DNA of 64,000 nt, from positions 2,808 through 66,807 of the forward strand of contig JANQNL010000123.1 of assembly GCA_028279585.1 (NCBI GenBank), given 5' to 3'. Below the pieces are notes generated by a model. It saw only the letters and a list, made by a program, of their open reading frames with translations. It was not told the DNA's origin and ran no database searches. Positions 43,059 to 52,681 of the stretch are shown in pieces. The translations under genes and the position numbers were made by a program. Numbering within the stretch: the stretch's first letter is position 1; the number at the start of each line of letters is the position of its first letter. The stretch comes from Thermoplasmatota archaeon. GTDB taxonomy: Archaea; Thermoplasmatota; Penumbrarchaeia; JANQNL01.

Positions 43059-44723
43059 TTATTCCCCCTTCTTGAACAATAGTACGAAATCGCTACCTTT
43101 GGTGTGGTCTCCTTCAACGCGGTCTTCGACCCATATCTTGCCACCATACAGTTTCATGACCCTGTCGACCATAGCCAGGCCAAGACCTGTGCTTATCAGG
43201 CTCTTCGCGTCTATCTCCAGACGTTTGAAGATGAGCTCCTTGAACTCATCAGAAACACCTGTTCCATTATCAACGAATTCGAGCCTCCACTTCTTCTTGC
43301 CCTCAGGGTAGTGGCGGATATCAATCTCAATGACCTGATTCCTATTGAACTTAATGGCATTCTCCAGCAATGCCGAGAATACCGTGAAGAGCATGTCATC
43401 GGCCTTGATCATGACCTCGCCCTCTTTGATGGAATTATTGATCCGGATCCTGGTTCCTGGATTTGCTGACTTGACCTTCTTTATCGCATCCTTCAGCGGG
43501 ATGGCAGCATCAACATCACGAAGCTCAATGGACTCCGAGTTCAACTGCGTGATACGCTTGACGTTCTTGACCAGATTGGATATTGTCCATGACTGCTTCT
43601 GGGCCAGACGAAGATCGTCCCTTTGCATGGCAGTGAGATTCTCGTCCAGCAGAAGCATCCCCAGGGTCGTGACTATCGCCTGGTTCTGGTTGGTGACATC
43701 ATGGCCCATGACATCAAGGTAGAGCTCGGCCCTCTGCTTCTCTGCCATGAGGTTCTCCCTCGAGCGTTTCCTCTCGGTCATGTCCCTCATTATCACAAGG
43801 ATCATGTCCTCGTTCTCCCAGGGAAGCGGTGCACCCCTGATATCCATTGGTATAAGCGAGCCATCCTTCTTTTTGACATCAACTGTCCCGATGTCCGTGC
43901 CCTTGGCGATGAGGCTTACGATGTTCTTATGTGTATCTTTGTCCTCGATGTTCTCAAGAAGCTTTGGAAACTTCTTTCCTTTGATCCCATCCATGCTGTA
44001 ACCGAGAACAGGAGTGACCGTATTGTTGGTCGTGAACACCTTTCCATTTCGCGTGTTCACAACAAGTGATACGTCGGGTATGCCCTCGAAGATCGTTCTG
44101 AACCTAGCCTCCTTCTCGGCTATCTCCATGCGCCTGAGGTTCGAAAGCTCGTTCTGGTAGTAGGTCATGATGATGATGACCATGAACACCACGACCAGGT
44201 ATCCGAAGATGACGAACACAGATTCTGTAAGTGGAACTCCGGGAACGACCCAGGCAAAGCCGACTGCCATAACTGTCACGAATGCTGCGAACACGATGGC
44301 TATCGGTAGTGGTAGGAACACAAAGGCGATCATCACGGGGATGACCAGGTACATCAGGAACTTTTCACTGCCAGAGCTGTTCGCCACAGAATACGTCAGC
44401 AGGAATATGACGATGGTCAAAGTGATGAGCGAGTAAACGATGGCAGGTATGTATTGACCCAATCGATTCAGGAAATAACCTATCAGAAAACAGACCACGA
44501 TACCTACTTCAAGGAAAAGGTATGGGTCCATGAACTCTGTGATGTTGTTGTAGATTATCCTCTGGATGACGATGACGATAAGGCCAAGGGGAATGAGGAG
44601 CAGGTAGATGGCTGCAAGAAGTCGCGACTGGTTCCTCTGTCCGGTATCAACGATACTGTCGTGAGGTCGTGTAAGCCAATCAACGAACTTGGCTACCGGG
44701 TTGTCCGAGGTCATCTTTTCCAT
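43059..44723 (-). CDS. Membrane sensor histidine kinase (about 6 TM helices, PAS, HisKA, HATPase_c)
   Basis: Hydrophobic N-terminal 190 aa. PAS-like RFRTIFEGIPDVSLVVNTRNGKVFTTN. H-box LDVMGHDVTNQNQAI. N-box LLENAIKFN. G-boxes VDNGTGVS and GLGLAMV. It lies 11 nt upstream of the receiver gene. Confidence 0.85.
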   Translation of the reverse strand: MEKMTSDNPVAKFVDWLTRPHDSIVDTGQRNQSRLLAAIYLLLIPLGLIVIVIQRIIYNNITEFMDPYLFLEVGIVVCFLIGYFLNRLGQYIPAIVYSLITLTIVIFLLTYSVANSSGSEKFLMYLVIPVMIAFVFLPLPIAIVFAAFVTVMAVGFAWVVPGVPLTESVFVIFGYLVVVFMVIIIMTYYQNELSNLRRMEIAEKEARFRTIFEGIPDVSLVVNTRNGKVFTTNNTVTPVLGYSMDGIKGKKFPKLLENIEDKDTHKNIVSLIAKGTDIGTVDVKKKDGSLIPMDIRGAPLPWENEDMILVIMRDMTERKRSRENLMAEKQRAELYLDVMGHDVTNQNQAIVTTLGMLLLDENLTAMQRDDLRLAQKQSWTISNLVKNVKRITQLNSESIELRDVDAAIPLKDAIKKVKSANPGTRIRINNSIKEGEVMIKADDMLFTVFSALLENAIKFNRNQVIEIDIRHYPEGKKKWRLEFVDNGTGVSDEFKELIFKRLEIDAKSLISTGLGLAMVDRVMKLYGGKIWVEDRVEGDHTKGSDFVLLFKKGE

Positions 44724-44962
44724 GGTCTCTGCACCGACCGACCAGGATGTACTATACTACTATCCCCAATTCTGAATTTATATTATCATGATTGAACCGT
44801 TATTTATCGTTTGGGAAAATATTCGGGTAATTTGAGGCAAATCGTGAAAATGTTATCTTTACACTGTCCCTATAGTGAAATCGGGTAAAAACGACGTGTT
44901 CGGAGGGGTAGTTTTGCACACACTTTCACTTTCTACCCGGGACGCCGTAACAAATAAAACCC

Positions 44963-45481
44963 ATGCCAAGATACACGACCATGGTCCAAGTAAGGAAAGC
45001 CAAGATTGTTGACTTAGAAACATTGGTCCGTCTAGAAGCAGAACTTCGGGACAACCAGTTCGATATGCTCCTCGGGTTCAGGCCCCAGGCCAAGAGCATC
45101 GTGGAGTTCAAGCCAGACATCGAGGATATGGTCGGGGATTATTGCCGCAGGCTCATATATTCATCCAGAGGTCTCGTGCTCATCGCAGAGGAGAATGGCA
45201 AGGCTGTTGGTTATCTGATAATGGCCATCCGGAAGGCCATCCCATTGTTCGATGTAGAGGTCCTCGCAGAGCTCATGGACCTTTATGTGCGGGAGGGGCA
45301 TCGGGGTCAGGGAATCGCGACTATGATGAAGGACATCGCATTCGAGTGGGCCAAGAGCAAGGGTGCTGAATGTATAACCCTCGATACCATCCCGAACAAC
45401 GAGCATGCAAAAAGTATCTACGAGCATTGGGGAATGTTCCCGTTCATGATCAACCTGCGGATGGACATTCGCGATCACTGA
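44963..45481 (+). CDS. GNAT-family N-acetyltransferase
   Basis: 172 aa. Acetyl-CoA motif A LYVREGHRGQGIATMMKDIAFEWAKSKG. Confidence 0.8.
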   Translation: MPRYTTMVQVRKAKIVDLETLVRLEAELRDNQFDMLLGFRPQAKSIVEFKPDIEDMVGDYCRRLIYSSRGLVLIAEENGKAVGYLIMAIRKAIPLFDVEVLAELMDLYVREGHRGQGIATMMKDIAFEWAKSKGAECITLDTIPNNEHAKSIYEHWGMFPFMINLRMDIRDH

Positions 45482-45855
45482 AGCCATCTGGGCTTCATAT
45501 CGTCGTGGGAGCCAAGCTCCCTGTCCATTATCTTTTGGTTCCCAGCCTTGACGGTGATGAAAAGCAGCGCAAGTCCGGTCACTGCAAGGAAACCCACGAC
45601 CCATGCCATGACATTGGCAAGGACACCGTAGGCCACGTTGAAGTCCACATTGAAAAGATAGGTCATGGCGAACCCGAATACCGCTCCACCGATGAACGCT
45701 CCTGTGTTCAGAAGAAGCAACCAGTCCCAGGGCATCCACTCGAGCTTTGCCTTGTCCATCTTCTGTCCGCAGGAAGAGCAGGTGCGGAAGGCGGACTGGG
45801 CCCGATGGCAGCGGGTGCAGTAATATCTGGTCAGTAAACCCATCTTGGTAAACAT
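45475..45855 (-). CDS. Small membrane protein with an N-terminal CxxC...CxxC zinc ribbon and 2-3 TM helices
   Basis: MFTKMGLLTRYYCTRCHRAQSAFRTCSSCGQKM..., then WLLLLNTGAFIGGAVFGFAMTYLF and VLANVMAWVVGFLAVTGLALLFITV. The start is ambiguous (45855 or 45843; the ORF is open to 45924). Confidence 0.55.
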   Translation of the reverse strand: MFTKMGLLTRYYCTRCHRAQSAFRTCSSCGQKMDKAKLEWMPWDWLLLLNTGAFIGGAVFGFAMTYLFNVDFNVAYGVLANVMAWVVGFLAVTGLALLFITVKAGNQKIMDRELGSHDDMKPRWLQ

Positions 45856-45868
45856 ATTGCATGCAATA
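45855..45868. promoter_or_regulatory. Perfect 14-bp palindrome TATTGCATGCAATA at the start of the zinc-ribbon membrane protein gene
   Basis: Self-complementary 14-mer at 45855-45868. A second copy of the core GCATGCAAT lies at 45906-45914. Confidence 0.35.
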
Positions 45869-46169
45869 GAAAGCGATTTCGGTAAACTTGGACCGATATG
45901 AGTCTGCATGCAATTGTTTTCCAAGAAAGGAAAACACGGGCGGGCACCCTCTTTGAGGTCCCGCCCTCTTTGTTCGTTGAGCTTTCACTTCTTTTCTGGT
46001 ATCAGATGCTTGGTTTTCATTCCGTTGTGATCCATCTGAGGTACCTCTCTTAGACAAGCTCACTCCGTAAGCTCCGAAACAAAGAGTGGTCATCCGGTCA
46101 TTGCATGGATTTGTTTTCTGTGCATTGACCTGATGATCTTTTGTAGTAGAATTTCAGACCTTACTTCGT

Positions 46170-46352
46170 TCACTTGTACCGGTTCGGTTTGCTACCTTCC
46201 TTGATCTCTGTCTTGTGCCAGTGCCAGAACGAGTTGAGCGTCAGCTGCTTGGTGTACTTCTTACCTGCAAGAAGGTTTTCTAGCATCCGGCGCTTCGCCT
46301 GCTTTCTGGCAGTATAGAGGTGGCGTGAGCTAGTGACGTTCGTCCTAGTCAT
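46170..46352 (-). CDS. Small, very basic hypothetical protein (60 aa)
   Basis: The minus strand has GGAGGGGGTGATAAG immediately before the ATG, and GGTGAT is a strong anti-16S match. Protein: MTRTNVTSSRHLYTARKQAKRRMLENLLAGKKYTKQLTLNSFWHWHKTEIKEGSKPNRYK. Confidence 0.45.
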   Translation of the reverse strand: MTRTNVTSSRHLYTARKQAKRRMLENLLAGKKYTKQLTLNSFWHWHKTEIKEGSKPNRYK

Positions 46353-46685
46353 CTTATCACCCCCTCCCCCTCGAGAACAAGGCCAGAGCTAATGCTGAAG
46401 CATTGGTCTGCTGGTCCCGGCCTCAAGGGAAAAATCGTTCACACTACCTAGCCCATGCGTGTCAGGTAATGCTTAGGAGGCCATTTTTTCCACCTGAACC
46501 CAGGTAGAACGATGTTGTATATGAGCGTTACGTGTGCATGAGAGACCCACACTTCGCCATCCGGTTCTGAATGAGGTTTCATAGGAACAGGTCCATATAG
46601 GTCCTTCCACATTGCATATATGGTCTTGTTCGAGAAGGGTCCGAGGGCCTAAGAGCTTGACGTAAGAACTCAATGTAGGTGACCC

Positions 46686-47834
46686 ATGGACCTGATAGTG
46701 CTTGCTCATCGATATCCCCATCCCCATGACGAGATAGCTGGAGCTTTCGTCAAGGCCCAGGTGGACGAGCTTGCACCTTCATTCGATCGTGTGATGGTCT
46801 TTGCCAGTATCCCCTACATACCATTGTTCATCGCAAAACAGATGGGCCCTTTCCGAGAGAGAGAGGCCCTCTCGAACGACTATTCATACGACAATATCGA
46901 AGTGGTGTTCATCAAGAAACCATTTCTGCCTATGGGTATAGGCTACCATGGTCGCGGGAAGCTTTGTAGTAGATCGATCAAGAAGGTCCTGTCCAAGACC
47001 GATCTGCGACCCAAGGTGGTCCATGCCCACTTGACATGGCCCCAAGCCGAGATAGCGACTGAGCTTGGACCCATGTTCGATTGTCCAAAGGTCCTGACCG
47101 TCCACGAGAACCATTTCTGGTTGAAGAAGGAGACAAAGGATGAACGGATAACCTCTGTTTGGTCCCAGATGGATTCTATCATCAGTGTGAGCAAAAGGGA
47201 CACAAAGATACTTAAAAGGTACAACCCGAACACCGTCCACATACCCAACGGCTACCATCCAAACGTTTTCCATCCCAGGGATAAGGACCGATGCAGGAAG
47301 CAGTTGAAACTGGATAGCAAGGATAAGATCTTGGTATCGATAGGTCGGTTGGAAACGAGAAAGGGTTATTCTGTACTGATAGAAGCATTAGAGCGATTAG
47401 GTAGAGATGACATCTTGACGGTCCTGATCGGCATTGGTCCACTGAAAAGCAAGCTTGAAAGACAAGCCAAGGATGCCAATGTCAGGGTCATGTTCCCTGG
47501 AGCTGTAGAGTCCAAGGACCTCGCTGACTGGGTGAATGCTGCAGACCTTTTCATACTTCCAAGTCTAAGTGAAGGAGGTCCCGTTGTCATGTATGAGTCC
47601 CAAGCATGTGGTGTGCCATACATTGGATCGAACGTTGGTGGGGTAAAGGAGTTCATCGACGATCCTAGTCTTGGGACCGTGGTTAGAGCAAAGGACCCTA
47701 AAGGTTTAGCACGGGCTATCTCCAAGGGACTAGATCGGACCTGGGACCATGAACTGATAGCGTCCCATGCCTCATCGAACACATGGTCCAATATAAGCAA
47801 GAGGATCCTGGCGCTGTATGATGAACTTAGCTGA
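46686..47834 (+). CDS. Glycosyltransferase family 4 (GT-B fold)
   Basis: GRLETRKGYSVLIEAL and PSLSEGGPVVMYESQACGVPYIGSNVGGVKEFI (E-x7-E region). Confidence 0.85.
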   Translation: MDLIVLAHRYPHPHDEIAGAFVKAQVDELAPSFDRVMVFASIPYIPLFIAKQMGPFREREALSNDYSYDNIEVVFIKKPFLPMGIGYHGRGKLCSRSIKKVLSKTDLRPKVVHAHLTWPQAEIATELGPMFDCPKVLTVHENHFWLKKETKDERITSVWSQMDSIISVSKRDTKILKRYNPNTVHIPNGYHPNVFHPRDKDRCRKQLKLDSKDKILVSIGRLETRKGYSVLIEALERLGRDDILTVLIGIGPLKSKLERQAKDANVRVMFPGAVESKDLADWVNAADLFILPSLSEGGPVVMYESQACGVPYIGSNVGGVKEFIDDPSLGTVVRAKDPKGLARAISKGLDRTWDHELIASHASSNTWSNISKRILALYDELS

Positions 47835-49146
47835 TTCGCGATCGCACACGTTTCCACACCAGGTCTGCTATGATGATGGATGCAAGCACCACTAACAAAG
47901 TAGTGAACGCGAACAGTCTGAAGTACAGAAGCTGGACCATGCTCTCATTGAATATCCACATACCACCAAGGATGATCAACGTGCTGACCAGGAGGATGCC
48001 TATTGGAACATACCTTTTCGATGCCAAAAGATAGTAGGTCATTATGCTTATCAATGAGAAGATGAACGTGGAAATGCTCATCAATCGAAGCAAGGGGACC
48101 GCATCCATGTACTCCGCACCATAAAGGATGGACAACGGTAGTTGGGGTATGACCAGCAGGACAAAGCATACAGGTCCTGCCAGTAAAAGGTCGAAGATCA
48201 TCGCCTTACCAAGGGTCACTGCAGGGTCCTTTCCTTTTGAAACGGCCTCCACGGCCATTGGAAACATTGCTGTGGCGATACCCAATGGAAGGAATACCAT
48301 TACCCTGCCGAAGACGGACGCTGCAGTGTAAAGACCTGTCTGTTGGGCTGTGAACAGGTGCTTGACAAGTACCAGGTCCATTGTGATGGGGAAGGTCAAA
48401 CAGAACACCGCAACGAAGATGAACACTATGTGAACGATGGTCTGCTGTGTAGGTTTACTGTGGTGTTGGGGCTTTCTCGGAACTCGATCGGTGAACGTCC
48501 TGTCAAGGAACACGAACGAGATGAGATTTGCAGCAGCCACACCGATCAGTAGACCGGTGACAGCACCGAACACTCCGAACCCTATAATGCCAAGGACCAC
48601 GCCTAGAATGAGCTTTATGACCTCCCTGCCCAAGTTCGTCAAGGACATCTGCAGGAAAGCCTTCCTGCCTTGCAATGCCCCTAGATTGCATGAGAGGGAC
48701 CACGAGAGGAAGAAGGCTCCAATGACCATCCAGATAAGCCCTATGGAGCTGGTCTTGAGAAACGCATGTATGGTCCATGAGGACCCAAGGAAGATCAGGC
48801 TTGCAACTATGCCCATCAGCATCAGGACCACATAAAGCGTCCTTCGTATCCAGAAGATATACTTCTCACCGTGAACTGAAAGCTCGCGGGCAACAGTATC
48901 TGTGATGGCGAACCGGACGGTCGTCATCAGTACGAAGGAGAACGAGAAGTACAGGATGAAGAGCGCTCCGAACTCTCCATATTCTGCTTGGTTCAGGATC
49001 CAGCCCATAGCGATGAGGAAGGAGTAGTTGACGACAGACGTCATACCGCCTGCTATCGTCACTATACCCATGCCACGGAGTTGAACGTCCCCCATGAGCG
49101 ATAAGGCCTTATCGATAGGCCCGGCCCCTGTACTATCGGATCTCAT
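47827..49146 (-). CDS. Oligosaccharide/polysaccharide flippase (MOP superfamily, Wzx-like)
   Basis: 439 aa with about 12-14 TM helices. The N-terminal pattern matches polysaccharide biosynthesis/flippase proteins, and it sits among glycosyltransferases. Confidence 0.7.
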   Translation of the reverse strand: MRSDSTGAGPIDKALSLMGDVQLRGMGIVTIAGGMTSVVNYSFLIAMGWILNQAEYGEFGALFILYFSFSFVLMTTVRFAITDTVARELSVHGEKYIFWIRRTLYVVLMLMGIVASLIFLGSSWTIHAFLKTSSIGLIWMVIGAFFLSWSLSCNLGALQGRKAFLQMSLTNLGREVIKLILGVVLGIIGFGVFGAVTGLLIGVAAANLISFVFLDRTFTDRVPRKPQHHSKPTQQTIVHIVFIFVAVFCLTFPITMDLVLVKHLFTAQQTGLYTAASVFGRVMVFLPLGIATAMFPMAVEAVSKGKDPAVTLGKAMIFDLLLAGPVCFVLLVIPQLPLSILYGAEYMDAVPLLRLMSISTFIFSLISIMTYYLLASKRYVPIGILLVSTLIILGGMWIFNESMVQLLYFRLFAFTTLLVVLASIIIADLVWKRVRSRIS

Positions 49147-49257
49147 GCTGGTCCCTGATAGGTTCTGTATAGACTCTGAACAGCATTATGGTTATAATGG
49201 TTCCACTGACACGAATGAACGGACCAAGCAAGTTATGCTTGCTAAATGGTCCTTGGC

Positions 49258-50790
49258 TTACTGTGGGCCATATGCCTCTTCATCATCCAGAGGTTCTGGT
49301 TCGACCTCTTCCACTTCCTCAACGTCTTCATCTTGTGGAGGTGTGGCAGACTTCTTCATCACGACGAACACAGCAGCGATAACGCCTGCAACGAAGACCA
49401 GTACAACCACCAGTATCAGGAGGAAGAACAGTGGAGATGAACCTGCACTGGTCTTCTTCGGCACGCTGGTGCTGCTCTGTGGATCAGATCCGCCAGCGAA
49501 CTCCTCTTTGTTGGTGTGTCCGTCCCCATCATCGTCTGCGAACGCATCTGTTGCGTCATCGGGGTCGAGGCCGTTCTCTATCTCCCATACATCTGGAAGA
49601 CCATCGTTATCGGTATCCTGGTCAGTATCTGTTGGGACGGTCTTGACGACGATGTCGATGGTCGCTACAGCACTTGCTCCATCATCATCCATGACCACCA
49701 GGCTAACGGTGTAGGTTCCATCGGTGGTGTACTCGTTGCTTGGGGACATATCTGTTGATGTCTTGCCATCACCAAAGTCCCAGGAATAGGACGCGATGGT
49801 CCCGTCGGAGTCTGCAGCTGTAGGTGTGAAAGTGACCGTCAATGGAGCATATCCCGTATCCTTGTCAGCGGCTATGGCCACTGTTGGAGGGATGTTTGCT
49901 GGTTCTGCGACGGTTATGTCGATGGTGGCCTTACCTGTGGCCCCATCGTTATCGGTGACGACCAGCTCGACCGAGAAGGTGGCTGCGGTCGTGAATGTGT
50001 GTTTTGGGTCTTTCAGGTCACTGGTCCCAGTGTCACCGAAGTCCCATGCATAAGATGCAATTGTACCATCGGTGTCTGTTCCAGTTCCTGTGAAGGACAC
50101 TTCGAGTGGGAAGGTCCCAGTGATCTTGTCGGCTGTGATGGAGGCTGTTGGAGCAACGTTCGGGACCTCCTTGATGATGATATCGATCGTCTCTGTGACG
50201 TAACCACCCTCGTTGTCAATGACCTTTAAGGCCACTGTATAGGTGCCGACCTTGCTGAACGTATGATCGACACTAGCAGTTGAGGCGGTGGACCCATCCT
50301 TGAAATCCCAAAGATAGGCAGCGACCTCACCATCGTAATCGACAGCAGAGGCTGTGAACGTGATGCTCTGTCCGACCGTTGCGGTGGTGAGTGATGCATC
50401 GATAGTAGCTGCTGGATCCTGGTTCGTCATCGTGATGTCGTATGTGAGCTTGATGGTGTAATCCTCGGACGCTGTTGCGGTGTGAGGGTTCTCCCAGCAG
50501 AACTGCCACTTCCCTGTCTCGGGAACGGTCAGTGTGCCGCTGTCTGAAGCCTTTGAGGACTGATAATGCTTGGATGTATCAGGCTTCTCTATCCAGAAAT
50601 CAAGATCGAACTCGTCAACAGACCATGACCATGTGACCTCTTTTCCTTTGTAAAGATCATCATAGGTGACCGCGTACTTCTGACCTGCTGCGATATCCTT
50701 GGTATCAGCAGCCGCTGCGGGCATACTGAGCGCAAAGACGGTCAACAACAGCATCATCGCCATAAGAGTACAGATAAGGATCCTTTTCAT
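49258..50790 (-). CDS. Surface protein with an N-terminal beta-sandwich domain, three to four PKD domains, a TSP3-like segment, a TM anchor and an acidic tail
   Basis: Signal peptide MKRILICTLMAMMLLLTVFALSMPAAAA. PKD signatures AYLWDFKDGSTA, SYAWDFGDTGTS and SYSWDFGDGKTS. DTDNDGLPDVWEIENGLDPDDATDAFADDDGDGHTNKEEFAGGSDP. TM LFFLLILVVVLVFVAGVIAAVFVV. Confidence 0.85.
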   Translation of the reverse strand: MKRILICTLMAMMLLLTVFALSMPAAAADTKDIAAGQKYAVTYDDLYKGKEVTWSWSVDEFDLDFWIEKPDTSKHYQSSKASDSGTLTVPETGKWQFCWENPHTATASEDYTIKLTYDITMTNQDPAATIDASLTTATVGQSITFTASAVDYDGEVAAYLWDFKDGSTASTASVDHTFSKVGTYTVALKVIDNEGGYVTETIDIIIKEVPNVAPTASITADKITGTFPLEVSFTGTGTDTDGTIASYAWDFGDTGTSDLKDPKHTFTTAATFSVELVVTDNDGATGKATIDITVAEPANIPPTVAIAADKDTGYAPLTVTFTPTAADSDGTIASYSWDFGDGKTSTDMSPSNEYTTDGTYTVSLVVMDDDGASAVATIDIVVKTVPTDTDQDTDNDGLPDVWEIENGLDPDDATDAFADDDGDGHTNKEEFAGGSDPQSSTSVPKKTSAGSSPLFFLLILVVVLVFVAGVIAAVFVVMKKSATPPQDEDVEEVEEVEPEPLDDEEAYGPQ

Positions 50791-50964
50791 GTGCGAGCCT
50801 CCTGGTATAATCTACCCTTGCTCATGAACGTGTTAGTATATCTAGTTAATATAATTATCCTCTGAAAAAGATGCCCTGCAACAATTGTGAACCTACCCCC
50901 CTGGCCCACAGCGACACTGTGGTAGGAAGTTGTTCTCGATAGGACAGCAAAACGCATCAGTCCA

Positions 50965-50978
50965 AATTAATATATATC
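50965..50978 (+). promoter_or_regulatory. TATA-like box for the glycosylation operon (leaderless-type spacing)
   Basis: AAATTAATATATAT, centred about 28 nt upstream of ATG 51000. Confidence 0.4.
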
Positions 50979-50999
50979 GAACGGTCCCTGCAAGACACG

Positions 51000-52637
51000 A
51001 TGGGCCAGAAGGTTCTGATAATAGGCATCGACGGTGCGACGTTCAAGATAATGGACCCGATGATGCGCAAGGGAGAACTACCCAATATCAAGAAGCTTAT
51101 GGACAACGGTACTCGGTCGGTATTGAACTCGACGTTGATACCATTATCACCCGCTGCTTGGACCTCATTTGCCACCGGATGCGACCCTGATAAGCATGGG
51201 ATATTCGACTTCTCTCGGCGTGAGCGGGATTCTTACTCTTCAGTTCCGTGCAGTTCCTCGGACAGGGCCGTTCCTCCGCTTTGGAACATCTTGAGCCGAG
51301 CAGGCAAGAAGGTCGTGGTCATCAATGTCCCGCTATCATATCCCGTGGACAAGGTCAATGGAGTGATGATCTCCGGTTTCCCAACACCCGAGGAGCTTGG
51401 TGATTTCACATACCCACGTTCATTGTTGAAGGAGCTCAAGGACAAGATCGGTCCAGACTACAGGCTCCAGCCTGTGGTCGACGTCCAGAACGAGGAACTG
51501 TTCCTGGATGAGATGACCCTTATCACAGAGAACGTCCTCAAGACCACCACACATCTGATGAAGACCAGAGAATGGGACTTCGCAATGACCGTCTTTGTAG
51601 GACCCGATGCTCTAGGGCATGTGTTCTATAGGCATATGGACAAGTCCCATCCCAGGCATGATCCCAAGGCTCCCAAGAGGTTCAAACAGGCTATCCAGGA
51701 TAGCTATAGGGCCATCGATAAGGCCGTTGGAAAGATCCTGAAGCTCATCGATAAGGACACTTGCGTGCTAATGATGTCCGACCATGGGTTCGGTCCGCTA
51801 TACTATGGTGTGACCATCAACAATTGGCTGATGAAGAAAGGATATCTCAAGCTCAAGGACCGGCCTGCCACACGGATGCGGCAGACGATGTACAAGATGG
51901 GTGTGAACTATTTCAACCTGTACAAGACCGCCAAAGCCCTTGGACTTACTGGAAAGGCAGCAAAGCAGGCATACAAGAAAAAGTCAGGTCTTATGGACAT
52001 GGTCAATAAGTTCTTCCTCACAACAGATGACATCGATTGGGAAAGGACGATAGCTTATTCCCGTGGAAATGGTGGCCAGATATTGATCAATCTGAAAGGA
52101 AGGGAACCGCTTGGTTGGGTCAAACCCGGAAAGGACCATCGTAGATACATGAGGGAGATCGCCAAGGGATTGAAGAAGCTCAAGGACCCATCCACGGGAG
52201 GGGTCATCTTCACAGATGTGTACACCAGGGACAAAGCCTATCCCCAGGCCTCTCTGGACCAGGATTGTGCGGATGTCCTGTTCTTTGACAGAAGGATGAG
52301 ATACTCGATAAACAGGTTCTTCGAGTTCGGCAGCCCCAAGCTGATTGCGGACCATCCGATGTGGACAGGGACCCACACCCATGATGGTATCTTTGGTGCT
52401 TGGCGCCCTGGCATGGTGCAACAGGGAAAGGAACTGTCATCTGCAGAGATCAGGGACGTTGCACCCACGGTCCTTCATATCATGGAGGTCCCTGTCCCCC
52501 GGTCAATGGACGGCGTGGTCCTCGATGGTATCATCGAACCTGGTTCTGATATCGATAGAGATGTTGACCACGTGGATGCTGAACGTGCCCTTATCAGCAA
52601 GAAGTTAATGGCCTCGTCCACGAGGAAACGTTTGTAG
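51000..52637 (+). CDS. Alkaline-phosphatase-superfamily enzyme (type I phosphodiesterase/nucleotide pyrophosphatase-like, COG3379 type)
   Basis: VLIIGIDGATFKIMDPMMRKGELPNIKKL, LNSTLIPLSPAAWTSFATG (nucleophile region), GPDALGHVF and MMSDHGF. Confidence 0.75.
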   Translation: MGQKVLIIGIDGATFKIMDPMMRKGELPNIKKLMDNGTRSVLNSTLIPLSPAAWTSFATGCDPDKHGIFDFSRRERDSYSSVPCSSSDRAVPPLWNILSRAGKKVVVINVPLSYPVDKVNGVMISGFPTPEELGDFTYPRSLLKELKDKIGPDYRLQPVVDVQNEELFLDEMTLITENVLKTTTHLMKTREWDFAMTVFVGPDALGHVFYRHMDKSHPRHDPKAPKRFKQAIQDSYRAIDKAVGKILKLIDKDTCVLMMSDHGFGPLYYGVTINNWLMKKGYLKLKDRPATRMRQTMYKMGVNYFNLYKTAKALGLTGKAAKQAYKKKSGLMDMVNKFFLTTDDIDWERTIAYSRGNGGQILINLKGREPLGWVKPGKDHRRYMREIAKGLKKLKDPSTGGVIFTDVYTRDKAYPQASLDQDCADVLFFDRRMRYSINRFFEFGSPKLIADHPMWTGTHTHDGIFGAWRPGMVQQGKELSSAEIRDVAPTVLHIMEVPVPRSMDGVVLDGIIEPGSDIDRDVDHVDAERALISKKLMASSTRKRL

Positions 52638-52681
52638 GGACAGAACCTAGCCATATCCTAGGAAAACTACTTTATCATGAT

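Noticed and set aside
45161-46093. 310-aa minus-strand ORF spanning the GNAT gene and the zinc-ribbon gene region
   Set aside because: It is antisense to the well-supported GNAT CDS over most of its length. Its composition is Arg/Gly/Pro/Ser-rich and low-complexity, with no motifs. The shorter in-phase ORF 45475..45855, with a zinc ribbon and TM helices, explains the real coding part.
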